64,000 bases of DNA from Azolla caroliniana. Taxonomy: Eukaryota > Plantae > Polypodiophyta. The DNA lies in NCBI GenBank assembly GCA_043228905.1, contig JBHGNT010000010.1, positions 7,936,001-8,000,000 on the forward strand, read 5' to 3'. A program made the position numbers and the translations under genes. Positions 24,854 to 37,300 of this stretch are shown here, piece by piece. Below the pieces are notes generated by a model. The model saw only the letters and a list, made by a program, of their open reading frames with translations. It ran no database searches and had not been told where the DNA came from. Position 1 is the first letter of the stretch, and every line of letters begins with the position of its first letter.

Positions 24854-26782
24854 TTAATATTACAATATTTGGGATCAATGTGTATGTAGAGAAGGTTTGA
24901 ATCATTAAAGTTTCAAAAAGCTTTACTCGTGATTACCAAATTTGATTCCCTCTAAGAATTCACTACATAGTGTTAAAGTGTCATATGTCAATTTGACGTT
25001 AAGAAAAGCTTGGATTTCCTTGAATGTGTGTATGTGTGTGTGCATGCACGCATATGTGTGTAGAACTCTTCATAAACATACAGTCTGACTAGGCATCCTT
25101 TTCCTTTTAGGGATGGCTAGTCCTACTTACAGAATATTTTTCTCTTTGGAACATTTTGTAGATTACATTAGTGTTAAAGTTCACCATCGACAAACTTGTA
25201 ACTATCTCAAAGTAAGTGCTCTCGTATTGGTTTTATTGCCCTGCTCATTGTCTACAACATGGGGTGCCTTAAAGGTAGCTTCAATTTATGAGAAAACAAC
25301 ATCTACTCCAATTATGATAATAAAGCAAATGGTTAGTCAAACACTTTATCAATCATGAGTTGTCACGAGTTAACAAGGCTACTTTAATCATTATACATAG
25401 AAAACCATGTCATCCAATAAAACTACTTTTCTTTAATGCACATTTTCTCTCAATACCACCGAAGAGAAAAGGCCATTCCCATGTGGGGAGAGGTTAAAAA
25501 GCAGTTAGAAGCACAACACAATGTTTGGACGACAATAATGGAGCATACATTCGTTCACTTTCCATGTTTGAGCCTGATACTTCAAAACACACCCAAGTGC
25601 TAAAAGATTGAGTTGTGCCTGACCTAACTCAACTCGTCATTATTTGGGTGACAATATTGATGAAGCATATATTTGTCAACTCTCCCATGGTGGGGAGTAA
25701 CATCTCATGATATGCAAGCATCCCTAAACATTGATTGATGCTTCATCTGGATCAACAAATTGAACATAATCAAAGATGTTCTAATCCCTTGAGGTACAAC
25801 CCCTCTCTCATTTAGATCCATTTTGGGAACCACCTCTCTATCAGAGAATTGAAGATTCACACACTCGCACACATTTGAACATTCATGGTAGATTGAATGC
25901 AATCTATGGGATAGGGCCCAACCCATAGGAAGGATAGAACTTGAGCTATCTCAAATCATGACATTGATGGTGGATAGATAGATAGATAGTTGTCTTTCTT
26001 TCTCTTTCACTGAACTAGTGTTTATATTGTCATGACAATGTGGAGTCCTAAAGTCCAAATTGCAAGACTTCGTCATATGTGTTTGATGACTACGGTCGAT
26101 TAATTATATGACAAGCATGCAATGATGTAGTTAATTATTGCAGAAAAAATTATTATACACAAACAATCAACAACATGAAGAAACTATGGAAGGGACAAAT
26201 AGTATGTTAATATGAAAGCATCAAAGGGTGATTGGGGGGGGATTATAGTAATGGGTTACAATGGAGATTAAATCTCGTGTAATCATAAGAGAACATAAAC
26301 AAATACAATTCAATGGCTTGGTGTGAAACCTATTAACTGTTTACACTATCACCGAGGTTCCTCTTAGAACATTAGGTTGTTAGGCTTAAAAGTTAAGAAC
26401 TAGCCTAAGTAATGTATCGGCTTGTCAACTCTATTTCTTGAACATACTCAAGGGGTTGGTTGGCTTTTAAGCACACTATCAATCTATCAAATACTTGTCT
26501 ATCAACATTGTTATAGTGCTTTTACAACATTGTTTGAATTACCTAGTCTATCAAATACTTGCATCTTTCTTTCATCTTCCACTTTGGAATTCCATTATCC
26601 TTCACTGCCTGTGGCCGAGATTCCCTCGCCATGCCAGTTAATGATTTGGTAGCAGTTAGACACATCGGTATGTATCTATATGTATGTATGTATGCCCTCA
26701 GTTGTGGCCGTGATTCCCTCCCCATGCCTATTAATGGTTATTTGGTAGCAATTAGACACATCGGTATGTATGTGTGTCTGTT

Positions 26783-26824
26783 ATGTATGTATGTATGTAT
26801 GTATGTATGTATGTATGTATGTAT
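26783..26824. repeat. (TATG)n microsatellite upstream of NCS1
   Basis: Direct reading. Confidence 0.9.
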
Positions 26825-27025
26825 TACATATATACATATATGTGTATATATCTTCTTCACATACCATCCATTGCTGAAAGACTTACAGACACACTAGAGT
26901 GAGACTCGTATGTTGATTGATGGATGATGAACCATGGCAGCCACAAGCTTCCATGGAGAAGACTTAAAAGCTCACACTGTAGAGTAAGAGTAAGAATATG
27001 CAGGTGTTGATTTGATAATCTAACC

Positions 27026-28840
27026 ATGGCTGCCACAAGCTTCAGCATTAGTTGCAGAAGCAGCATAACACGCTTGAATTCCACCCCTCTCCTTCTTTTT
27101 CTCCCACTTCTTGGAAATGGAGACCAGAAGAAGCAGAAGAACCCCATTCCCACAATCAGACGAAGACTCCTTGATACAAGCGTTACTAGATCGGTGCAAG
27201 AAAACGCAGGAGAATCATCGTCGTCATCCTCCTTTGTGGGCTCTCTGTTTCAACCTGCTTCTCCCCCGCCATTACTAGTGAACCCACATCCAAGCTTAAG
27301 CAACCATGATCTCATCCCTACAACCCTAGAGCAGAGGACCCTGTCGGCCACAAGCTTAATGAGCCTATGGGTGTCGCTAGTGATCGGTGTGCCTTCCTAC
27401 TACTTGGCAGGAAGCCTGGTGGATCTGGGAATGGCATGGTGGCAAGGGATCTTGACAGTTATGGCGGGTAACTTCCTTCTCTTGTTTCCCCTTGTGTGGA
27501 CAGGCCATGCTGGGGTGAAGTATGGCATCCCATTCCCTGTCATGGCTAGGGCATCATTCGGCATACATGGCGCGCACATACCGACACTCCTCAGGGGGCT
27601 TGTGGCATGTGGGTGGTTCGGGATCGAGACATGGATCGGGGGGCAAGGGATCTATACCCTCCTTTCGTCTCTCCTCGGGACTGGATCCGCCTTCAGCTCG
27701 ATTTCCTTCATGGGCACCCCTCTTCTTGAATGGCTTTCCTTCTTCTCCTTTTGGTTGGTTCAAGTTGGGATTATTTGGAACGGAATCGAGGGCATTAGCA
27801 AGTTCGAGAAGTATTGCGCCCCAATTTTGTTGGTGATGTCCCTTGCCCTATTGGTGTGGGCTTATGTTAGGGCTGGTGGGTTTGGAGCCATGTTGGCTGC
27901 CTCCTCTCAATTTGGCCAAGGTGGTGCTAAACAAGGCCAGTTCTGGCAGGTCTTCTTCCCAGCACTTACTGCCAATATTGGATTTTGGGCTACCCTAAGC
28001 CTCAACATCACAGGTGCACCAACTTCCCTTTACCAGATTTGCCCACAATATAACTAATTCTAAATGGAAATCACCATGTTAAATTAAAACTGGTCTTGTT
28101 CTTCTTTATGACTAGACTTTACCAGGTACTCAAAATGTCAAGGTGATCCCATTGTGGGTCACTTGGGTCTCCCCATCTTCATGGGATTGTTTACATTCGT
28201 CGGCTTGGCGGTCACCTGCTCCACCGGAGTCATCTTTGGCTCCATCATATCGAATCCTATCGATCTAATGGCCAAAATCGGTGGTGTCTTGCCGATCCTC
28301 ACTTCATTGATTGGTGTTACGTTGGCAACATTAACCACAAACATCGCAGCCAATGTCACGGCCCCTGCCAATGCTCTTATCAATTTAAGCCCCAAACTTT
28401 TCACTTTCCGAAGGGGGGCACTTGTTACATCTGTAGTAGGAATTCTCTTCGGACCCTGGAATTTCATAAAGAGCAGTGAGAGCTTTATCAGCACATGGTT
28501 AGTGGGATATTCAGCACTTCTTGGACCTTTGAGTGGTATAATCATTGTTGATTACCACATAATCCGGAGGCGCCATCTTGAGCTCGAGGATTTGTATTCG
28601 ACAAGCCCCACGGGAATCTATTGGTACAATAATGGCTATAATTTGAGTGCCATAGCAGCATTTGTATTAACCGTTGTTCCATGTATTCCAGGCTTTCTTT
28701 TGAATGTAGGTGTGTTGAAAACAATCCCAAGCATTTTTATAACAGTGTATGATAATGCCTGGATATTTGGTTTCGTGGCTGCGGGGCTTGTGTATCGGAT
28801 TCTATTCATGTTTCAGAATAACTGGCAGAGACAAAAGTAA
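27026..28840 (+). CDS. NCS1: Nucleobase:cation symporter-1 (purine/uracil permease, PLUTO-like), 570 aa; exons 27026-28013 and 28116-28840; probable plastid transit peptide
   Basis: [56 protein letters not shown], multiple transmembrane helices; a 102-bp GT-AG phase-1 intron joins the two ORFs in frame; Ser/Thr/Arg-rich N-terminus. Confidence 0.93.
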
Positions 28841-28844
28841 GATT

Positions 28845-29135
28845 AATGTGTTAATTGGAAACCTAATGTGATGCCATCATCCATATTGAAACAACAAGAT
28901 GTGAATAAAAATATTTTTTGCTTCAAGCTCCGGAATGTTCAGAAGTTAGAGAATGCTGACCTATTTTATGGTTTTATGCTTGTATAATAAATGTGTTGAT
29001 TGGAAACCTAATGTGATGCCATCAGCCATATTGAATCAAGAAGATGTGAATAAAAATATTTTTTGTTTCAAGCTTTGAAACGTTCAAAAATTTGAGAATG
29101 CTGACCTAATTTTATGGTTGTATGCTTGTATAATT
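28845..29135. repeat. 145-bp two-copy tandem duplication in the NCS1 3' UTR
   Basis: aatgtgtt.attggaaacctaatgtgatgccatca... at 28845 and 28990. Confidence 0.85.
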
Positions 29136-30964
29136 AATATGAAGTTTGATTTATGTTATGCTATAGGGCACTGCACTAGCAAGTTCAGTCCCTGTAAATG
29201 AATACAGGGTTCTCTTTGGGGAGTTTACAGTCGTGATCAATAATCTTCTTAGACGATTCTTAACAAGCTATTAATATTTTTCAATATCATTAGAAGCGTT
29301 TTAGCACATTATGATAAAATTCTTCCTGTTCAAAATTTAGCACATTATGATAATTGTATAATTCTTCATTCCTGTTCACATTTTAGCACATTATGGTCAT
29401 TAACGGGGGCATTGGATGAACAGGATCTAACCACAATATGATGATGCGCACAATGATCTTGACTTCAACGACTTCTGACTTTTCTCTTCATCAAAGTACA
29501 CAGAGGCATGCATGTGACTAACTAGACAACTTTTGGCATGCATTAACGTTAAGGGAGTGGTTGATCATATTCAACCACATTCTGAACCCCCAAAGATTTC
29601 GTTCACTAGTACTAAGAAGAAACGGGCCAGAAGGCTACACAATGTACTATCAGAAAGTGCTATCTACAAAGGCGATGGTCAAAGCAAAGACCAGCAAAAT
29701 GTACATACTCTGAACCATTTTTATGCAACGATTTGATATTATTCATCTAATCTTATAGTAGATTAAAATTTAGAAGAGAACTGGAACTTCATGTTAAAAA
29801 CCAGAAACATCACAAGTGATGGCAATGTGAACTCAAACAGAACTATTGCACTACAAACTTCAATTTAAAAACTTGCAAGTTGCAATTGAATAACCTCCAC
29901 CCTTAATTTCACAAGAATAAGAAACAAACAAACAGTAAGTGATCAAATCACAGAGCGATAAAATAACCTCAAACAGATTACCAAGTATGTATGTGTACAG
30001 AGCATCACCCAAAACAAACCAGATGCTCACACTAGTCCAGACTTGGGTGAACCAGTACAAAATTGTCTACAAAACAAAGTTGACACCTTTGGACACGAAT
30101 ACCATCATAAACAGATAAAATTAAGTGTTCAACACAGGTATTCACTTCCATATGGAAGGAAAGCAATACTAGCAGAGAATGATAGAGATTTCATGATGAA
30201 GAAATCATTGTTAATGACAGAAATGGAAATTATTTTTCAGTATCATTCTCAGCCTATCTCAGGATAAAACATGTGAGATCAATGAAAACAATGGCTGACA
30301 TGATGTTATGAGAGAAAGAGCATGATCAAAATGTTTGGGCAAGACACTATAATTCAATACCAAAATCAAATATGAACAGAATAGACGTGTAGTCCTCTTA
30401 CCTGCAGAGCTTTTTCTTCATAACAATCAATGGGATGGACAATGCAGTTAAAGAAAATTGTAAAACATGCCGAACCACTTTCGTAATTGAGTAAAGGTGA
30501 AATTACATTAGGGACACAAGGAGAAACAATCAAGTGAGGTGCGTTTACAATATGCAACAGAGTTTCGGTAAACCTTCTGAGGATACAAAATTGAGACAGG
30601 CAGTGATCAAACATAAAGATGCAAGACAAACTTGCACATTTAGTACATATAAATCATGACACTGGACAATACAAGAAAGTAACAATAAATCATGGTAAAT
30701 CATCCTAATTAACCTCACATTATTAACTATAGATTATAAATGTGGGAACAACAAGAAAATAATTTGAGTTAAAAAAGTAGACAAAATGTATACGACTGCT
30801 TCTCTGAAACCAAAACATAAAACAGGATCACCAAATGAAACTCAGATGATCTGTTTAAACAGGATGGCATTAGAAAAAGTACATGTGCAAAAATGATTGT
30901 TCTTCATTAAACTCTTGACAAAAAAACGCTTCAATATTCAACTACAATAAACCAGGTGATAATC

Positions 30965-32517
30965 CTACTGTGAAACTCCAAGCCACTTAGTAAAAACTTC
31001 AAACTCGGTGTAGTCGCTGTCTGAAATCATGGTCTTGTACCATGCCTCCCCAGCCTTCTTGATTGCGTCTTTGTCAGCACCTTCAACCTAAAAATAACAC
31101 AGAATAACACATTACGACCGAAGGACCAGAATTCATCAAATCAACTAGGAACAATTGCAACAAAATTCCACAAAGCTGCACAATTGTAGGATATACATTA
31201 AGATTCTACAATTAAATATCACCTTGCCACATCCAATAGTGCACGAATTCAGCACAAATGACCAGGCATTGCATTCAGAAATTGAAATCAGACCATTCCG
31301 ACATTATCTACATGCATAACTTCTACCAAACTACAAATCAAGACATCGTACTATAATACAGTATACATCTATGATAGTGATAGAACCTAGTCAAACCCTA
31401 TCCCATCAAAGATAGAAACAGAATTTACCTCTGCAGTCGATTTCCTCTTCAAATCAAGCTTCTCCTTCTTTGCCTTGACGCGCTGAGCCTGTGCAAGAAG
31501 CTCCATCCTCCTTGCAGTCTTGGCGTATGGATTGAGCTTAATGAGAGCACCAAGGTTCTTGATGGGATTCTTCTTCAGCACGCGTCTCTTCACGTCTTTC
31601 TTGGTAGGACGCACAACAGACTGGATCTCATCAGAATTGATGATTCTGGAGAGATCGGAATTAGCCAGAAGAGATCGGGGCAAGGTATAGTTCTTCTTCA
31701 CTTCAGACTTGCAGTCCTCAGTGCCAAAGATGGAATCAAGCTTCTCAAAGGCAGATTTAGTCCAGACAATGAATCGGCCGAGATGACCTCCGGGGGCGAG
31801 TTGGAGGAGATTGAGACGATCGACGGACGCGACATCGACGCCAGGGATGTTCCTGAAAGCTTTGACAAGCTTGGCACCCTCGGTGCCATAGACAATGAGG
31901 GGGCCACGGCGGGAGACATACCTTCGATTCCTCATCTTACCTTTACCTGCGCGGATGTTGACGCTGGACTTGACCTTCTCCACGTCGTCGTAGGCACCGA
32001 TCTTGCGGAGGACTTTGACGGCGGCGGAGGTTTTCTCCACGGACTCGACGGAATCGTCCAAGACGAGGGGGACTTCGGGGACGTTGTGGATGAGATGGCC
32101 GCGGGCAAGGACCAGGGAAGGCACTGCAGAGGCGGCCAGGGCGGAGACGACGGCATAACGCTTCTGGTTAATGTTGATCTTGCGATGCCAGCGGCGCCAT
32201 ATCTTGGTAGGGGCGAACATGCGGCCACCGCGGCACATGTTGCCGAAGGCTCCCTGTCCGGCGCGGTGCGTACCGCCGCCTGGTACACGAGGAATACGAG
32301 AAACGGCCCTACCTGTACCCCACGACTCTGCAGACGTCTGGTGGCCTGCCTTCTTGCTCACCGCGTAGGGTTGCCTCTTGTTCTTGGCCATGTTGGCATG
32401 GACGAAGCTGACAATGTCAGGTCGGATCGGGGCCTTGAGGACTTGGGGGAGGCTTGTCGTCTCCGTCATGGCATCGCCGTCAGCGGACTGCACTGTCACC
32501 AGCGGTCTGGCCGCCAT
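30965..32517 (-). CDS. RPL4: 60S ribosomal protein L4 (uL4), 403 aa; exons 32517-31429 and 31087-30965
   Basis: [47 protein letters not shown] signature; a GT-AG intron is followed by the plant C-terminus [26 protein letters not shown]. Confidence 0.97.
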
Positions 32518-32518
32518 C

Positions 32519-32760
32519 GCTGCTGCTGCTGCTGCTGCTGCTGCTGAAGCTGAAGCTGCAGGAGGAGGAGAAGAGGAGGAGCTCAGACCGGACAGAGAGA
32601 GAGAGAGAGAAAGAATAAGGAAGAAGAGAAGAAGAAGAAGACAAGGGAATGCAAAACCCTAATAAGAGGAAGGCGAAGGAGGGTTTGGAGGTCTCTTTCT
32701 TCCTCTCTCTCTCTGTAGCCTTTCCCCTGCTAGGGCTGACGTGTCGGCGTCCTGGGCCGT
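32519..32760 (-). promoter_or_regulatory. RPL4 5' UTR and promoter: (GCA)n and CT tracts, telo-box AAACCCTAA (32654-32662), TGACGTG motif (about 32737), site-II-like TGGGCC (about 32753)
   Basis: Motifs read directly; telo-box plus site II is the established architecture of plant ribosomal-protein promoters. Confidence 0.65.
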
Positions 32761-32941
32761 CCGATGCCGCCCATCTCCGAGCCCTAGTGTGAAAGCGAAC
32801 GAGTGAGCGAGAGAGAGAGACCCTAGGACAAATCATATATGTATGTATGTATGTATGTATATACTACACACACGTCCATGCTTGCTTGCCCACCATTTAC
32901 CATTTGCTCGTGACACGATACGATGATTCCTGGCTTCTGCG

Positions 32942-33357
32942 TAACAATCGGCAACGGAACCGAACTGCGAAATCATTGTTTAATAGCTTAATGGTTTCAA
33001 TGGTTTGGTTTGGTTCAGGTTTAGTTTTTTATTAACGGTTCGGTTCGGTTTCAACAGTAAAAAACCGCGGTTTAACGATTTAATGGTTTTTTTTTTTTAA
33101 TTTAATCTAAAAAAATTTTAAACAATCTTTTCATTTTTAGACCTTTTTCTTGCATTTTAGGAACATCTTTAAAAAAAATTAAAAATTTGACCTATGTTGA
33201 AAATCGAAACCAAACCACGAAACCGCGGTTTTTACGGTTTAATGGTTTAACGGTTTGAAAAATGTTTTACGGTTTCGTGGTTCGGTTTGGTTTGGTTCAA
33301 GTTTCAAAAAATGTAAATGGTTCGGTTTGGACCCTCTCAAACCGAACCGAACCGAAC
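32942..33357. mobile_element. Truncated hAT-type MITE upstream of RPL4
   Basis: Begins taacaatcgg (degenerate TAGCAATGGG); AAACCG/CGGTTT arrays; the other end is replaced by Copia gag sequence. Confidence 0.6.
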
Positions 33358-35209
33358 AAGAGGTGCTAAGAGTAACCACCAGGTTCTCCCAGCTATCCCG
33401 CAGTGTGCACATCAATAGGATGGCCTGCAACGCATCATCAAGGGGAAACTTGGTTGCAGCAAGCTGATTTACATACCCCATGAATGTGTTGATGTGTTCG
33501 ACAATGCTCTCACCGTCTCAGTATTTCAATCGTACGATCTTTCTCATCAGTGAAATTTTATTGAGGGCATTCTTCCTCTCGTATAGACCTGATAGCTTCT
33601 GCCACATCTCGTGGGCATTTGTGTTGTTCGCCACATGATGAAGGACACTTACATCAACACATTGTCGAATGGTGGCCACCACCTTTATGTTAAGAAGTTT
33701 CCATTCCGACTCTAATACCCTCGTGGGTATTTCTACATTGTTGATCGACTCGTACGGGTCTTTGACTATGAGAAGGTCCTCCATCTTTATCTTCCAGTCT
33801 GCCTAGTTCTGTGAGTTTAGGACTATCATACCTGGGAAGCCGCTCACACCTCCTTCCATGCTTGCACCTCAAGCTTTGATACTAGTTTGTTGAGAGTTGG
33901 ATCTCAAATGTGGAAGAAAGAAAGATCAACTCCTTCCATGCTTGCACCTCATGCTTTGATACTAGTTTGTTGAGAGTTGGATCTCAAATGTGGAAGAAAG
34001 AAAGAAAGAAATACACAACATACATGAAAACAACAAATGCACAATACACAGTGATTTACGTGGAAACCCTAAATGGGTGAAAACCACGGGAAAAGAGATT
34101 CCAATATACATAGAGAAGTACAAGGTGAGATCACACAATACAACACTCTCCACTCAGAGTGTATCAACCACACAGGGCTCTTGGCGTCAAACCTCACTTG
34201 GCTATGGCTAGCAATGGGCACAGTTTCGGCTCAAACCGAACTGAATCGTTAAGCCATGGTTTAACGGTTTATTGGTTCCAAAAAAAATCAATGGTTTCAT
34301 TTCGTTTGGAGTTTTGATAAACGGTTCGGTTCGTTTCTAAAACTCAAGTTTATAGGTTTGGTTTAAAGGTTTATAGGTTTTTGGTTAACTTTTTTTTACC
34401 TTAATAGTTTATTGATTTAATTAACTTAACTTAAATGTTTATTTAATTTAATGGTTCAATTAAAGTTTATTTTATTGATTTAATAAATATAACTTAAATT
34501 CTTATTTAATTTAATGTATTTTTGTTTATTTAGATGTTTAATTAGTTTGATTTAAGTGGTTAGGTTTAATTTTTTTATTAAATGGTTCTGTTTGGTTTTA
34601 ACTTTTCCCTAAACAGTTTGGTTTTAAATGGTTTGATTTCAACTTTTTCTTGAATGGTTTGGTTTAAATACTGAGAGTTCATAAACGGTTTGGTTTGGTT
34701 TTTGTTCTAAATAAACGGTTCGTTTTGGTTTCTTTGCCTTGAAACCAAACTGCACCCATTGCTAGCTATGGTGTCGCTCTCTATCTCTCTATCTCTCTCG
34801 CTCTCTCTATCACACGCTTCTCTATTCTACACTATACATCCCATTGTTCTTTTTTTTCGTCCTACGATTGCCCTAGATGTATTTATACTCATACATCATA
34901 TGGGCTATTTACATGTGTAGCCCCTACTACACATCTTTACTATTATTATAGATAATAATAAGTAGCCATCAGTCGACTCTAGTGTCGACTATCCAGTCAG
35001 TTTGACTAGTCGGCCTGGTCATCGACCATCCGGGCGGCCTGACTAATCGGTTGTGTCTTCGACCTGGATCTCCTTCTTGTCGACTCACCCAATCAACTCT
35101 TGAACCATCGGCACTCAGCCCGAACAGTTGGCTCCTCCTTGTCTTCGACTGTCGGCACTTCTTGGCCCAAGCAATTAGATCCTCCCACTGGAGGGACATA
35201 TTCCCAACA
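33358..35209 (-). mobile_element. 5' fragment of a family C-like Copia (LTR about 35209-33968 interrupted by a MITE, duplicated PBS region, gag N-terminus)
   Basis: Minus-strand MEDLLIVKDPY...LYERKNALN resembles the gag at 46601; LTR begins tgttgggaata; degenerate PBS tagtatcaaagc occurs twice (about 33875 and 33955). Confidence 0.8.
34209..34764 (+). mobile_element. hAT-type MITE inserted in a Copia LTR
   Basis: TIR TAGCAATGGG/CCCATTGCTA; 8-bp TSD gctatggc/gctatggt. Confidence 0.88.
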
Positions 35210-35333
35210 GAAGGCTACGCGAGTAGCATCTGAAACGGCACAATGAAGTTTTGCAAAGGAAGCCTGATCGTGGCCCGAGCTCGAAAGATCAACACACTAT
35301 TATACCTTATGCATGCCCGGATATGTCAGGAGG
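35210..35333 (+). pseudogene. Short family C-like pol fragment
   Basis: MKFCKGSLIVARARKINTL matches the intact copy at about 47815-47870. Confidence 0.7.
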
Positions 35334-37300
35334 ATGGTGATTCTTGTGTAGCGGAAGAGATGTGTGTTATGTGTATGTGTGAGAGGAATTAGAGGAGAGA
35401 TGAAAGAACACAAGATAGATAGAAAAAGGAATGCTCAAGAAGAAGGTGTATATTTCACAAGTAGAATAAGAATTACAAAATGTAGCATAATAAGGAGTCA
35501 CAACCAACTTAATATGAAGTATGAGTAGGGTGCTTTATATAGAGTCTTCCTCTCTCTTCATTAACTTTACAACAACCACTCTCTCTCTTGGGGAATGTGA
35601 AGACTCATAGTCATGGGGAATATGTAACTCATTAGTTATGTGTCATAGAATATGATTCTATGTCACATAGTTAATGTGTAGAGAGTAGTGGTGTGACTCT
35701 TGACCTTTGAGTAATCGCGGATTCTCAAAAGGTGTGTTCACACGTTGCACTATGTTGAGCTTGATTCTCAACACGCCCCCTCAAGCTCAACTTGGGTCGG
35801 TTCCTTTCGGTGGATGTCCACTTTAGCTCGTATCTAGTTTGGACGATATCCGGTTCTCACTTGTACTCCCCCCCCTCAAGCTTGGCAAGTCAGGAATCGT
35901 CAATCCGAGGTTTGACATGAATTGTTGAAGCTCGTCAGTTCCTAAGGCTTTGGTGAAGATGTTGATCGTCTGAAGATTCGTGTTGATGTGTTGAAGGTCG
36001 ACATCTCCGGCCTGTACGCGCTCTTGAATGAAGTGATAGTGCACTTCGATATGCTTTGTGCGTGCATGGAACACCGGGTTCCGAGCTAGATATATACTGC
36101 TCATGTTGTCGTAGTAAATGAAAGTCGGATCCTTGATGGGGACGCCCAGATCCTTCAAAATCCTCTTGAGCCATACGGCTTCACATGCAGCTACGATTGT
36201 GCCCATGTATTCGGCCTCCGTACTCGAACGTGCGATGATAGGCTGCTTCTTACTACTCCAAGATATTGCTCCGCTACCGAGTGAGAAGACAAATCCGGAG
36301 GTCGATCGTCGATCGGCTTTGTAGCCTGCCTAGTCCGCGTCTGTGTACCCTTCGAGTCGTATTGGTGTGGCCGATGCGTAGTGAACGTCGTAATCCATTG
36401 TGCCGCTCACGTATCCTAATACTCGCTTAGCGCAATCGAAATGGATATCTCACGGAGCTTGCATGAATTGGCTAAGGAGTCTGACTGAGTAGCTAAGGTC
36501 GGGTCGAGTGATCGTGAGATAGATGAGGCTCCCGATCAGTCAATGATATTGGGTTGGCTCGCACTCATCTATGCTGAAGTCAACATCTAGTTTGAGGTTT
36601 CGATCGAGAGGCGTAGCGACCAATTTGCACTCAGTCATCCCGAACTTGTATAACAAGTTGAGGATGTAGTGCCTTTGGGAGATCACAATGTTGGCCGGAG
36701 TCCGAATTACCTCGATGCCTAGGAAGTAATGAAGTTCCTTCATGTCAGTCATCTCGAATTTGTTGGAGAGGAGGGACTTCACCTTGTTGATGTCGACTAA
36801 ATGCTCACCTCCAATAACCAGATCATCCACGTAGAGGATGATGACAATTAGCGTAATCTTCGAATGCCAACCACGCGGTGCTTGCTTGAGGCCGTAGAGT
36901 GGCTTCTTGAGTCGGCACACGACTTTCGGATGAATGCACGATTCGAAGCCGGGAGGTTGTACCATGTACACCTCTTCTAATTCGCCTTGGAGGAAAGCGT
37001 TCTTGACGTCCATCTCGTGGAGGTGCCACCCTTTCGCCGTTGCGAGTGCAATTACAGTCCGCATTGTCGTCATCTTTGCCACGGGGGCAAATGTCTCTTC
37101 ATAGTCGACTCCACGTGTATGAGAGTATCCTTTCGCTACAAGTCGAGCTTTGTAACGGTTTACGAAGCCGTCAACATTATACTTCACCTTGTAGAACCAT
37201 CTACAACCAATTGCCTTCTTGTGAGGTGAGTGGGGAACGAGATCCCATGTCTCGTTCTTGGAGAGTGTTTGCATCTCCTCATTCTTGGAGAGTGTTTGCA
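35334..37300 (-). mobile_element. 3' half of a family A Copia (RT, RNase H, PPT, 3' LTR 35773-35334)
   Basis: NETWDLVPH...YVDD, HARTKHIEVHYHF; LTR homologous to 11147-11606 in reverse. Confidence 0.88.

Noticed and set aside
25359-25963. Possible solo LTRs (tgtcac...gtaaca; tcatgat...atcatgaca)
   Set aside because: No matching TSDs or homologous LTR in the window.
30366-30629. Minus-strand ORF with a strong donor-like CAG|GTAAG near 30400
   Set aside because: No protein similarity or exon chain; probably RPL4 downstream sequence.
31783-32547. 254-aa ORF antisense to RPL4, and the many antisense ORFs over GC-rich TE coding regions
   Set aside because: Shadow ORFs caused by codon bias of the real gene on the opposite strand; no recognisable motifs.
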